A stretch of 64,000 nucleotides of DNA. It comes from Adineta vaga (taxonomy: Eukaryota > Animalia > Rotifera). Positions within the stretch are counted from its first letter, which is position 1. Each line of letters opens with the position of its first letter. The stretch covers positions 8,494,001 through 8,558,000 of the forward strand of contig CP075496.1 in assembly GCA_021613535.1 (NCBI GenBank). Direction: 5' to 3'. Made by a program: the position numbers and the translations under genes. The notes under the pieces were generated by a model. That model was not told where the DNA came from and did not search any database. It worked only from the letters and a program-made list of their open reading frames with translations. This document shows, one piece after another, positions 14,593 through 27,779 of this stretch.

Positions 14593-15554
14593 TCAAAAAT
14601 CGCTTTCACTAACGTCAGGTGATTTCGATTGATTGGTTTTATTTATTAGTTGATGAGGTTTGATGTAACCAGCAACAGGTGTTGGATCATTTCGATGATC
14701 ATCTTCTGTCATCTTTTGAAGAAAACGAAATGCACGTGACGGATTCGATGAGCCAGTAAAACGTTTCGCTTCTGGTTCACGTGCACGAAAACTAGGTGGT
14801 ACTAGAAAATAGAAAATGAATATTAAATATAATCATTCACAATAATTTTTACATTTATTATAAATTTCTGTAAGATCTTCACGATTGTTTACGCTTTCAG
14901 ATCGATTGACGAGACTTTGTTCAGATGTATCTTGCTTTATCGTTCGATATGGTGTTGGAATATCACTACTTCGTCGAAGACCAACAGTATTTTTTGTTCC
15001 TATTGGACTAGTCTCATTGCCATACTGTTCTTGAAGATAACGAAAGGATCGTGATGGATGTGACGTTGCACCACCTGCACTAAAACGACGACTACTATAA
15101 TTTTGTTGATGAACAACAGGTGAAGTATCTAGTAGACAAGAAAATTAAGTGGATCGTTATTATCTATAATAACGTTAGAATGACCTTTTCAAATTACTAT
15201 CATTCGATAAGAACTATAGAAAAATTTAACGAAAGGTTAAACATTTACCTGTTGATTTGTTCGTTATTGGTAGATTAGATGAAGCCAATTTTTCACTATC
15301 CTCAATCCATCCTTCAAGCATTTGAAACGATCGCGTTTGGGTAATTCTATATGAGAAAAAAAGAAAGAGTGACTTTCTAACAATTTTTCGTCTTTCTTCT
15401 CATGGAATGTAACATACACATCAGTATCATGTTGAATAGATTTTCTTGGTGGTGTTGGTTGTTGACTTGCATAACTGAATGGTTGAACAGGAATTGTACC
15501 TGCATAATGATGTTGATTCATTTCTTCTGGTGGGACAATCGTTCGTCGATTCAT
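14593..15554 (-). CDS. Small multi-exon, disordered protein with repeated PSRxFRxLQ motifs (PDLIM/Zasp-like motif)
   Basis: Exons at ~15554-15418, ~15347-15249, ~15129-14853 and ~14801-14593 with GT-AG ends. Motifs SHPSRSFRYLQEQ and SNPSRAFRFLQKM. Ends ...DVSESDF*. Confidence 0.7.
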
Positions 15555-17094
15555 TTTTTTTTCGATTTAATCTAGATTGACATTAACTAAGAAAAGAGAA
15601 AAAAAACGAAAACCATTCTTTACATGCCGGAGAATGTCACATTTGAAAAATACTCACCATGTTGATTTTCATCGAATGACAAAATGCTGACTATGAAAGT
15701 AATATAAAACGGATGACTATTTTCTATTTTTATTTGACGATGTATGTTTTGTTGAATGATTATGTATTAAATTATATTACACACAAACACTACTTTTCTG
15801 TTGGATTTTTGCTTTTCGTTTTCACAAGATAAAACATACACGCACACACTCGCACGCGCAGTCGATAGTGTAGTAAAAAAGTGACGAACAAATGTGTTTG
15901 TATATGTAGATGCGGCATGGCATAAATGCGAAAAAACACATCTATGAATGAAAATAAAACGAAATTAAAAGGACAAAGAAAAAAGAAAGGAAGTTGGGTG
16001 TTATTAAGTTTATTATATCCGACGGCAAGGTAAGCTGATCTATAAAAAAAATTGCATAAAAAAAAGCTTTTGTTGAATAATGAAAAAAAAAATTCTGTTT
16101 GATTGTAAAAGGTTTCACATCTGTATTTTATTCGGTAATAGCTAGTATTCAAACATATCTTGCCACCTACTGTGAAGCTGATAGGATCAAGAGCTCTTTC
16201 TACGCGTATATAATTTATTGAAGATCAATAGAAAGACAAAGAAATTTGTCATCTATAAAATAAAATTGTCTACATATTGAATGACGATCTGAATTATTGT
16301 GTATAGAAAGTGAATTTTTGGAATAAAAAAAATTCACTGATCCATCAATTATTGATTCCTATTATAATGCCTACTATCTAATCCGATTCTGATAGAACAC
16401 CGACTACATTTTTCTAAATTTTGTTATTGTTGATAAAATCAATCCACAATCAAAACATTTTAAAACTATTTGATCGCCTTCATTCAGACAAACAATCTAT
16501 TCAATTGTCTAAATTATAATTGATATTTGTTTATAATTTTACTTTCATTACTTTCAAGATAATAATGCAATTAATTTCAATACATATCTGTTGGAGATGA
16601 TCTAAAAATGCTGGAAATCACATTTGGTCTTTCGATCTTATTTAATACACATGATTGAAAGGCAAATGTTTGGAAATAAATTCATAGATGATGTGAAAAA
16701 AAGATGCTATCGAATTTTTTTTATATCTCACACATAGTATTTTGTTCACATTTATTCCTAGAATAACTCTGTTTCTCTAGATCACACGCACACACATATA
16801 AGAATTCTTCAATATAGAAAAAAAGAAAAACATGAGAAGATAAACACAGACATTGAAAAAAAAATGAGCTCGTGCACGACAAGCAGTAGAGACAATACAG
16901 AGAAGAAGAATATATGAAAATTACACACAGACATATGTTGAACGAATGGATGTGCAAAACGAGGAAAAATTCAAAGGCGCGAAAAAAAGAAAGAGCAACT
17001 GTCGATCGATGACAAAAAAGAGAAGAAAAAAAGAATAAATATAGCACGAACAACGGACCGTTGTTTTACATATACAATGAGAAGTGCTACTTAT

Positions 17095-20000
17095 CTAATT
17101 TTTAGCCTCTAGACGAGCAGCTAGTGTACTTTGATATGGTTGTTGTGCACCAAAACTTCGAAGTACCTGGCAAACATGGTCATGTTGCTGAGATTCAGCT
17201 AAATCATAGGCAGTAACATCTTGTTCTTCGAAACGAAATTGTTGATTTACATTGGCACCATGTTCACATAAGATTCGAACTGTATCTGCGTGACCCATTG
17301 CTGCTGCAATATGTAAACATGATAAACCACTCTAAATAAACATGAATATTACATAAAATATCTGATGTCTTTGTAAGTGAAGAGTGTGTTACTTGTTCTG
17401 TTCCATTAACATCAGCTTCTTTTTCAAGTAAATATTGAACAATATCTTGAAAACCTTTTGCACATGCACAAAATAGTGGTGTACGTCCAGCTGTTTCACC
17501 CTAATACGAATAGATGAAATCTTAATGAATCAATCTATTTATCTATTCACTTACTTTTCCTTCGATTTTATAATTAACATCTAAACCAGCATCAACTAAT
17601 AATCGTAAAATATCAAATGATCCTGATTCAGCAGCAACAATTAAACCATTAATTTGTCCATCATATAAATTTTTAGCTTCAATATCGTGTTGTGCTCCAT
17701 GTTTAATTAATAATCGAGCTAGTTCAACATTATTATGTTGACAAATGGCAAGAAATGGTGATGAACCACGTTCAGATGTAACATTTACATTTGCATTTGA
17801 TTCAATTAAATGACGAATAATTGGTTCATTATTTCTCATACATGCAATCAATAGAGGTGTTTGATATTCAATATGAAGATCACGTGCTATTTGACCTTTA
17901 GGTGAACGATTGACATCAGCACCATGTTGTGTTAATAATTCAACTATTTCTAAATGACCTTCTTCTGTAGCTGTATACAAAGGTGTAGCACCAGTCTAAA
18001 AGAAAAGATTCAATATTGAATATGAATTTAAAACAATCGAATAACTCTACCATGGTAACAGCATTAACATCGGCACCATTTTGAATGAGATATTCACAAA
18101 TTTCGATGTGACCTTTTTTTGCTGCACCAAAAAGAGGTGTCTAAAAAGGAAAACAATGAAATTGGAATTTGCTTATTCTTACATGATAAAACTCGTTCTT
18201 TACTTGTCCAGCAAGAAAATTTTCTTCGGCTAATTCTCCTCGTGGTGTAATATTAACATCAGCACCGGCATCAACTAGTGCTTGAACAAGTTCTTGATTA
18301 CCCGATTCTGCACAAAGAAGTAATGGTGAAACACCATAACGATTTTGTACATTAACTTGTGCTCCTTTGTTAATTAGAAATTTCACGACATCCACACGAT
18401 CTTTTAATGTTGCCATGAATAAAGCGGTTTGTCCTGTAATATTTAAATTATCAGCATCTGAACCACTTGGTGCAAAATCCAGATCAGCATTAGCTTCAAC
18501 ACATGCTTCAATTATATCTAAATCACAGATTTCTGATGCTAATAAAAATGGTGTTGAACCTAATTTGGTTACAGCATTGGGATCAGCACCACGTTTAAGT
18601 AATAATTTAACTACATCAAATTTTCTAGATTTCATTGCTGCATAGAGTGGTGTCCATCCAGTAATATTTAATTCATCAGCTAGACTACCAAATGGTGCAA
18701 TATGTGTATCAGCACCTGCATTCAATAATAATTCAACTACTGATAACATGCCTTTTTGTGCAGGAATCCAAAGAGCACTAACACCATAATGATTTTGTAC
18801 ACGAGGATTAGCGCCACGATCTAATAAATATTTTACTATATCTATTCGACCTTCTTTTGCTGCACAAAATAATGGTGTTTGTCCACATAAATTCATTGTT
18901 AAAGCTAATTGACCTAGAAAAACCACGTTATTTTTCAATGTATTTCTATCGATAACAAAATTCTAGAAAATCTTACCACTTGGTGCGAGTTCGAGATCAG
19001 CTCCAGTTTGTACAAGTAATTTAACACATTCAACATAACCTTGTTCAGCTGCAAGCATCAATGCTGATATACCCGATTGATTCTGATGATTTGGATTTGC
19101 ATGATGTGCAAGTAAACGTTTGACACATTCGGGATGATTGTATTTCGTTGCACCAATTAATGGCGTTGAACCAGCTATTTTATTCTCTTCGGCTCGTTTA
19201 CCTACGGGTGCTGAATCAACAATCGCGCCACGTTGTAAGAGAGTATCAAGAATATCTGGCCATCCAACTTCGGCAACCATTAGTAACGGTGTAATACCAG
19301 ATAAGGAAGCTTTGTTTACTTCGACTTCGGGACATGCTAGATAATAGAATAAAACCAATAAAACTCATTGTCATAATAAATTATTTCAATTGACAAACTC
19401 ACAAGCTAAAATTTCGGTGACAGGTTTATGTTTTTTTCCAGCAGCAATACTTAATGCTGTTAGACCGTCTGCGTCTCGATAGCCTGAAAGAGAAAAAAAA
19501 GAAATATGACTTTTTTTTAAAATTTCCAACACAACTTTATGTATATTTAGAAGAGAATGAACAAAAAAAAAGAAAGAACGATCTTATTCGAAAAGTATTG
19601 CGAGATTCAAATAAAAATAAGTTCGATTCGTATAGACAAAGGATTTATTTTCATCATCGGATGATGGCAAATATCGTATTTGAATGTCAAGAAAATGTTG
19701 TCGATCTGTTGAACGATCGAAAAGATTCGATGGTAATGAAAGGTAATGATAGTCTTTAATTTCATGAGTTTCATTAAGAATCATTGTATAATTAGAATTG
19801 AATGTAAGATTTACTTGAGAATATAAATAACATGTATATAGATAGAAACGTAAATTATCATGTGAATTATTAGGAAGAGTTAGATTGAATGAATTTGAGA
19901 AAGATAAATTTGTATAGTTGGTATATGGAATTGATGTTAAATTCCAAATATGTCTTAATTTATATAAACGTGAAAAATCCTTTTTTAAAACACGTTGTAC

Positions 20001-22302
20001 ATGTGTACTAATAAATTTTATTTCTTGTCGATCATAGGTAAATATGCCATTCATTTCTCCTTCGACATCAGACAATTGAGTATAAATCATTGCTGATAAA
20101 TTCGACGAAAGATTAAGAATATATTGTTCGAAGACATATGTCATAAAATATTGATCTGGATAACGATTGTATGATGATCCATTATTCAACAAACCAAATC
20201 CACCACATTCACCAATAACTAATGCTCGGTTTCCATCATCATAAGTTGGAAATAAAATATTGTTTGTATAATCATGTATGTCTCTTAAATGTCCAATACC
20301 AGTTCGATCTTGCCAACCACTTGCAGCATCAATTAATCGATTTTGATCATAACGTTGAAGCCATGTTCCTAATCGTATAGTATCATATTGACCCCATTCT
20401 TCATTGAATAATACCCAAATAACAATCGATGGATGAAATGAAAGAAAATCAATCATTGCTTTTAATTCCGTTTCAAATTGTAATTTCGAATGAAAAGCTT
20501 TCTCATAACCCCATGGTCGTGTTTTCATAATATCTTGTTGTGCAGTCGTTCTTGTCGGTAAATTATTCGTTATATTATCACGATGTAAACGTAATTGTCT
20601 ATCAGCATCTAATTCAATTTCATAACCATTAAAATTGTCTGCAGAAGGCATATCTTGCCATACTAACATACCGAAAACATCACACCAATAATACCATCTT
20701 GAAGGTTCACTTTTCATATGTTTTCGAATTGTATTAAAACCAAGATTCTTCATTTGTTTAATATCATATTGATAGGCATAATCAGTTGGTGAACGATAAA
20801 GACCATCAGGCCAATAACCTTGATCAAGAACACCCAACATAATATAAGGTTTACCATTTAAACAGATTTTTTTCTTGTTTAAACAAAGAGAAACTTGTCG
20901 AAAACCAAGATAACTGTCAATATGATCGATAAGTTTATTCACATGATATAGATCAATTTGGACATCATATAAATATGGATTTTCTGGTGACCAGAGATGT
21001 ATTTTTGATAAAGGAAAAGATATTTCTTCATCTACATTTGCTCTGTAAGATTCAAATTCGATTAAACGTTCACTATTTTTCTGTGTAATAGTGATTTTAA
21101 ATTGAATATCTAATGCATCATAGACATTATATTTTTTTCTTATTATTTCATCTCTTCTTACATCTAATAGTAGTGTATCTTCATGGAAATTCGATTCACG
21201 ATAAATTGGAAATTCTTTATTTGGTGACTGATGATCATCTGCAAGTGAGGATGAAATTGCTAATTCAATACGATATTTTAGAAGAACATCTGTTGATGAA
21301 AGTTGTGTATTAAATTGTAAACGATGAATATAAATAGTTGGTACTTGTTCTAACCAAACAGTGCTCCATATTCCAGAACATGGCGTATAGAATATCCAAT
21401 ATTTATCTTCACCATCTAGTAATTGTTTTCCACGAGGTTGAAAACCTTTATTTGTTGGATCCCAAACGCGTACAACTATTTCATTCATATCATAATCAAT
21501 GAAATATGGTGTAATATCGTAAGAAAATGGATCATAACCGCCTAAATGTTTCCGCCCAACAATATGACGATTTACATAAACTACTGTTTCATAATCGACT
21601 TTATCAAAATTTAAAAGTAGACGAGCTTGATGCGAGCTCTTTTGTACCAATCGGGAGATTTCAAACGAAACTTTCGTTTATACCATAAATACATAGTTTC
21701 ATCAACAGATTTTTCTATGCCTGATAAATATGATTCTACAGGAAAAGGTACACGTATGGTATAATCGAAATTCATTGGATATGGACTCGTCTTGTTTGTT
21801 ATCGTAAACGACCAATTTCCGTTTAGATTGAACCATAAATTTCTTCTCAAATGTGGACGTGGGTAATCATCATGCAATGGTATTTTTTCATCCATGACTC
21901 GTCTTGTCCACCGTGTTGAAATATTCTTTTTAAAATTGGATTTTGATGAAGTTGGAAAAGTAACGAAAGAAATAGAAGAAGGAGAGGAAGAATCATCGGG
22001 TAAAAGACGATATTGATAAAATAAGATAGTTAAAATTCCAAAGAGAAGAACACTCTATGAGAATAAGTCGCGATAAACTGATTTTAATCAAAACGCAAAA
22101 AGAAAACATTTTCAAGATCTATTTTCTACATACCCATATTGAGAACTTCTTTTTTCGTCGTTGTCGCCTTCCGTCGATCAAGTTCATCAAGAATTTCTTT
22201 AATTCGTTTATCATCGCCTTTTTGTGCTGCGATTAAGATTTCTTGATGATATCGTTCAAGATCACCTTCGGCTTTACTTGCTTTCGAACCCGTGCAACCC
22301 AT
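17095..22302 (-). CDS. Long ankyrin-repeat protein with an N-terminal MGC lipidation motif; multi-exon
   Basis: Exon 22302-22134 (MGCTGSKASK...LNMG) has a phase-1 donor that joins in frame to the exon at 19483 (GYRDADGLTALSIAA). Many GxTPLxxAA ankyrin repeats follow, down to the stop at 17095. Confidence 0.9.
19584..22077 (-). CDS. Glycoside hydrolase family 2 (beta-galactosidase/glucuronidase-like), bacterial type, nested in the ankyrin gene intron; frameshift near 21645
   Basis: YPRPHLRR..W.NLNGNW, VPFPVESYLSG, VDYETVVYVN, GGYDPF, GIWSTVWLE, WSPENPYLYD, LDQGYWPDG, GFNTIRKH, WVLFNEEWGQ (acid/base Glu) and IGECGG (nucleophile). No introns in the body. An N-terminal hydrophobic stretch SVLLFGILTILFY precedes it. 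Confidence 0.9.
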
Positions 22303-24579
22303 TATGTCTGAAATAAATCGAAATGAATCGAGATAAAACAAAAAGAAAACGAAAGAACTTCATTTTATGACTTTTTACACACATACTTAACAGAATGATA
22401 GAACAAGGTTAATACTCACTTCCAACGTAAGAGTCCCATGTCTGATTTGTCTATCATAAATAATTGAAAAGAAACGAGTCATCACTACACCGAAATATGA
22501 TAGGATCAAAACGAAACTTTTTGATTATTCGAGCGGAAAATGAGTACACGAAAAAAAACCCATTGAAACGTAGGAAATAATAAATCACTAGGAAATGTAT
22601 CTTCCGATATCTTCCTCATTCAAGCTTAACTCTCCTATCATTAACCAATGATTTTAATCCCTTATGTTACAAACCAATGCATGCGTTCTCCTTCAAAATC
22701 ACTAATGATAGGATATCTTTGACAGTCTATCGAAATAAACACATTGACTCAAAGGAAGCAAAACCTTCTTTCGCTCATTTTCTAAGGCGAGATATTCATC
22801 TTAAATGACTAAAACATACTTTCAAAGATTGTTTTTCATATCTCTGAAGAGAATACAATTCTTAACAAGTGATTCGAACGATAAGAAACATTCAAGAGAC
22901 ATGATTCATAGGTAGTTTTTATTATATGTATAGGCATAATAGACGAGAATATGAGACAGACAAAATAAATAGAAACAATTTATGTAGTAGTAGAGAAGAA
23001 GACGAAGAACATACATGTACAAGTAAAAACAACACTAGATGAGTCAGACAATACCCATTAAAATTCATCGAAACTTTCAAAAATTTTCAATTTCGAAAAA
23101 AAATCCAAATGAAATATGAAGATTATTTAAACAATTTTTTCATCTCATATTAAACACATTTATCAAAAGTATAGATGTCACTATTAGTTACTCAGTTTGT
23201 GTACATAGAATAAATCTAATTGTCTTGAAAAAGTTTAAGATTCTGTAAGAAACGATTGAGAATTTCTTTCTATTTATTCTATTCTATCAACTAACGAACA
23301 CAGATGAATCATTAAGGTTAAAGACAATGTTCAATATATTGAACTAGTAACAAAGAAAACATGAACGTGTTCGAGTTAATAATACAAATGTTACTACACA
23401 TCCGTGAAGGTTACGGTTATTAAATCGATATGTTATCATTATTCAATCTTTTTTCTTTTGACACATTTATGGTCATTATTTGTTTCCTTCGCTTGCATTG
23501 GATAGTTAATTAATGAGATGATTTAAATCAAATAGAAAAACGAACGACATCATCATGTATCGCTTTTTTTTTCTCATAACGAATAGATCTTCGTTAGAAT
23601 AATAGAAAAAGAAAGATCAACTTACTTTGTCAAGAAACGATGAGAAAAGTACTAAAAAAAATATTGAGTAGCTGAATAAATACAGAGAGAGTGTGTATTC
23701 TGCCAATAGAATAATTTATTAGACGTGAGTATAGGAGAAGAAAAAAAGGTGTTTAAATATTCATTTCTTTGCATCTATGATTAGACAAACTATGAGATTT
23801 ATCGTTCGATAGATTTTTAATATTATATAATGGGTATAAGACAATCATTTCAAACGAACGTTTTGCTTTTATCACAATAAATTCTTCGTTTTCTCTTCAA
23901 AAAGGAAAACGACATGATTGAAGTTAATTCGCTAATTGGATAAATATCGTGTTTATCAAATCGAAAGCAGTAGTTGGAGAACTTAGCGTTAACAACTGTC
24001 GATAATATATTGACAACAAATGCGCACATCAACTACTAGTTTTCTTTTCAAAGATAAGTCTTATCTTATTTTTATATTCGTTATTGAATTCGTATTAATA
24101 CAATAAATCGATGTGATCAGTTTGAGATATATTTATCAATGATCGGAATAATTCAAGTAGTCTCAAAGGAGAATGATAGTAATCGTAAGAAAAAATTTCT
24201 ATTGAGAACTAAGGAAATTTTATTCAAGAACAGTTATTCGGATAATTGCATTGATTATAACCAGAGGAAATTCTTGCAGATGGTAAACAAAAAATATTTT
24301 TCTTTCGAAAACAAAATAGACAAATGTTTGATTATACATATATGTCTACGTAATAACCTATTCATGATAAAAGTTGACTAATTCATTGAAATATAATCAA
24401 AATCCGTCGAAAAACCAATATTGACGTTTATCATGCATAACCACTTTCAAGGTTACTAATGACGCATGATTAACAAACGGTTATTTTTAGATGAAAACTA
24501 CCATAAAACAATGTAACAGACCCTTTATTATCATTTTCTTTGTCAAGAAGTGACGTAAGTAATGTAATTGGTAGGTAGG

Positions 24580-24604
24580 TATATATATATATATATATAT
24601 ATAT
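24580..24604. repeat. (TA)n microsatellite
   Basis: Directly visible. Others at ~32477-32494, ~43080-43099 and ~52436-52450. Confidence 0.9.
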
Positions 24605-24654
24605 TGGCCTATTATACGACATAAATAATTATTGTTTGAAATTTTCAATTAACG

Positions 24655-25011
24655 ATGAATTCAAAGATGATCTTCATTTTACTTCTTGGCACAATCATTT
24701 TCAATGTAGAATCACTCAGCTTACCTGCAATTCCTGATGAAAAAGTTATCGGTGCAAAAATTTGTCCACAAATTAAATGTATTGCTCCTTGTCCAAATGG
24801 ATTCGTTATTAATGAGCGCGGTTGTTCAACATGTGATTGCAACCCATGCAAATGCGGACAACCTTTACATAAATATCCTTGTGGCCAAGGACAAGGAGTT
24901 TGTTCAACTGTCAAGGGTGTCTGTAAAGTGAGCATATATGACAATGCTTATTGTTGTCCTAATGAATCAATCAATTGTTTTGTTCTTCAACCTGCAATTA
25001 TAACTAATTAA
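24655..25011 (+). CDS. Secreted cysteine-rich antistasin-like protein
   Basis: Signal peptide, then CPQIKCIAPCPNGFVINERGCSTCDC (antistasin pattern), then a second Cys module ending YCCP. Confidence 0.8.
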   Translation: MNSKMIFILLLGTIIFNVESLSLPAIPDEKVIGAKICPQIKCIAPCPNGFVINERGCSTCDCNPCKCGQPLHKYPCGQGQGVCSTVKGVCKVSIYDNAYCCPNESINCFVLQPAIITN

Positions 25012-25322
25012 TTTTGTTCTCACTAACTATATGCTACATCGATATGTTATGTTAGCATTCATGTTTGTTCATGTATATCTATATAAAATAAATCGTTGAA
25101 GTAAAGTTTAATTGTGATATTTAAACTCCTAATAATTAAATAGAGTATACAACTTGATTAGTACGACATCTTTTGTTCAGTATTCTATATTTTATTTGAT
25201 TGACTCTTTGCCACTAAGAAATAAATGACTAGACAAATTCCATTCCCATTGTATACACAAACAGAATTTGTTGTTTTTCTACTTCTCTACGCGTCATTAT
25301 TCATTAATACAGAAAAGAAAAT

Positions 25323-25880
25323 ATGTCGTCAAATACTGCTACTGGTATCCTAGCTGCTCAAGTAGCTTCTGATGAAGCATCTGTTGTTCGTCGAAAAGCA
25401 GCCGAAAAATGTCAACTTGTACTAGAAACTTTACACGATTCTCATAATGGATATAAACAATGTGCAGCTGATTGTAAAGATACAAGTATTCAATTACTTT
25501 TCGAAAAAATAGCTGCTAGTCGTGCTGATCTTATTGCTCAATTATCGAATGTTATTCAAGTTGAATTAGGTATCGAACCGTAAGATAGTCTAGTCATTTT
25601 CGATTGACATAATATTTCTATTCATATACAATATTTTAGAATAAAATCAGGTTCAGCTATTGCTGCTGCTCATCGAACATGGATTGATGTAAAGGCATGG
25701 TTTACTGATGGTCGTGATAAACAAGTAATTATTACTGAAGTTCATCGTGGTGAAGAAGTTCTAATTAAATTCTATGAATCAGCAATAGAAGATCCTAATC
25801 TTGTTCCTAAAGTTCGAGATTTTCTTCAAGAACAATTGAAAACAGTTAAAGAACAAAATGCAGCAGTTGATGCTATCTAA
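25323..25880 (+). CDS. PA2169/DUF2383-family four-helix-bundle (ferritin-like) protein with one intron
   Basis: LETLHDSHNGYKQCA...L.FEKIAASRADLIAQL and SGSAIAAAHRTWIDVK...EVHRGEEVLIKFYESAIE match the bacterial PA2169 pattern. GT-AG intron at 25580-25639. Confidence 0.85.
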
Positions 25881-26113
25881 ACTCATTCTTTTCTTCGTAT
25901 TTAAATAAGTATTTAATCTCGCAGATATATTATTCATTTTTAACAAATGTCATACATACCTATTTCTTCTTTTAATAAATCATTCTAGTCGATAAAACAA
26001 AGAATCTTAGAAGATAAAAGCTATTGGCATTCAATTAGTAACCTTTTTTCTTGGATTGATAAAACGAAAGATTGAAAGAAAATTGTTTCTTTATTTTTAC
26101 TATAAACATCAGA

Positions 26114-26425
26114 ATGAGTATGATGAAATCTCTTGTTTTGTATCTTTATTATATTATTTTATTGTTTATCTGTATACAATGTCAATCTCCATCATCAATT
26201 ACAATACGAACACAATTATACAATGAATCTATATCAAGAAATACTGTTACTCCGATAATAATACAAAACATGAGTAGTCCACGATCTAATGTTAGTGTAA
26301 CATCAACGATGAAAAGTATGATTGTTAATACCACAACTCAGTTGAATGTATCAAGCAGTTCATTCAAAATGATTGAAAATATAACTCTTATTTTCTCGAT
26401 ATTCTGTATAGAATATTATTTTTGA
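26114..26425 (+). CDS. Small secreted or GPI-anchored Ser/Thr-rich protein
   Basis: Hydrophobic N-terminus, S/T-rich middle with N-glycosylation sequons, hydrophobic C-terminus. Confidence 0.55.
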   Translation: MSMMKSLVLYLYYIILLFICIQCQSPSSITIRTQLYNESISRNTVTPIIIQNMSSPRSNVSVTSTMKSMIVNTTTQLNVSSSSFKMIENITLIFSIFCIEYYF

Positions 26426-26582
26426 TTGCATATGTATTATTATTATTATTATTCAAGCATGTCTACGTAATAAACATTTTTTTCTTCATATTTTGATTGT
26501 ATAAATAAATTTCAAAAAGATAATCAATTAGATTTTATTCTTTTAAATAAAAATAAACGAATAGTATAATGTTCTAAGAAAG

Positions 26583-27779
26583 CTAAGTTTTTAGTCCATC
26601 GATTGAACATTGTTGACTTAATGGTGAACCATAATGAACAAGTACATTCAATGAATAGTCTATCAGATATAGTTCATAATCATATGTCAATACCATATCA
26701 TAAAGTGTCGGAAAGGACATTGACATATTCCATGAAGCAAGTTCATTACCATAGATTCGATTATAAACACGAATACCAAATCCCGACATCAATGCCCAAA
26801 GACGCTGACCACATGAATCAATAATTAATGTCATCGGTATTTCATTGGTGTTATTATTCGAAACAAGAACAGACCAGAGAAATGTCTTAGTAGATAATTG
26901 ATAGATCGTTGATGTATTTCCACTAACGTAAATCATCGTATCATCGTTTGATTTTGCTAAGCCATAAGGTTGAGAAAATGGAACAATTATAGTTCTATTA
27001 TACGTAAAATTCATAGATGATGAATGCCAATTGAGGAATGTTAAAGTTGAATTTGGATCATGCTGAATAATTAGACACATTAGTGAGTTATTATAAAGCC
27101 AAACTGCACGTTGAGGATCACCTTCCGGAAATGGTAAGTCATATATACGTGTTAGATTTATATAATATATATAAAAATTATAAGATGAAGATGCAGCTGG
27201 AGGATTGATGCCTACATAATAATATCCTTCATTGTAAGTAATTGGTTGAGCATTTGTTTTTGAGAATACAGTTCTACCACCGGCCATGGATCCCGTTAAA
27301 TTTCTCTGTTGAATTGATCGTGTATTGCCATAAGTCACCAACAACTTCTTTAAATCAGTATCTAACGCTAAACCAACGGGTTTAGTGACGTTTACACTAC
27401 GAAATGTATCTGATTGTTGTATGTTATTCATTAGCCATGCTATATCTGAACAACAGATAGATTTTAATTTATAAATGATGGTTTTCGTTAAAAAAAAAAG
27501 TTTCGAAGATGATGATGGCATTATATAAAATGATGTAGAATTGGAAAAATTACTTGGAATTAACTGACATGCGTTCATAGACGAAAAGAAATTGAATGCT
27601 ACGGTCGATGGAGATTGATATTGAAGTGCTTGGCACATACATTGAGACCATGATGATTGATTGTATAGCCAGATAGTAGTCAATTGGTCAATCATTAATT
27701 GTGCTTGAGAAATATTACTGTATGGAATAGAGATTGTGATAGATGGTACGCATATTATGAATACAATGTAATATAACAT
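26583..27779 (-). CDS. Secreted protein with a PAN/Apple-like N-terminal module and an NHL/beta-propeller-like region
   Basis: 398-aa intronless ORF with a signal peptide, CMCQA...AFNFF...CQL, then propeller-like blades (PVGLALD, PYGLA, PMTLIIDSCG.RLW). Confidence 0.65.
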   Translation of the reverse strand: MLYYIVFIICVPSITISIPYSNISQAQLMIDQLTTIWLYNQSSWSQCMCQALQYQSPSTVAFNFFSSMNACQLIPSNFSNSTSFYIMPSSSSKLFFLTKTIIYKLKSICCSDIAWLMNNIQQSDTFRSVNVTKPVGLALDTDLKKLLVTYGNTRSIQQRNLTGSMAGGRTVFSKTNAQPITYNEGYYYVGINPPAASSSYNFYIYYINLTRIYDLPFPEGDPQRAVWLYNNSLMCLIIQHDPNSTLTFLNWHSSSMNFTYNRTIIVPFSQPYGLAKSNDDTMIYVSGNTSTIYQLSTKTFLWSVLVSNNNTNEIPMTLIIDSCGQRLWALMSGFGIRVYNRIYGNELASWNMSMSFPTLYDMVLTYDYELYLIDYSLNVLVHYGSPLSQQCSIDGLKT

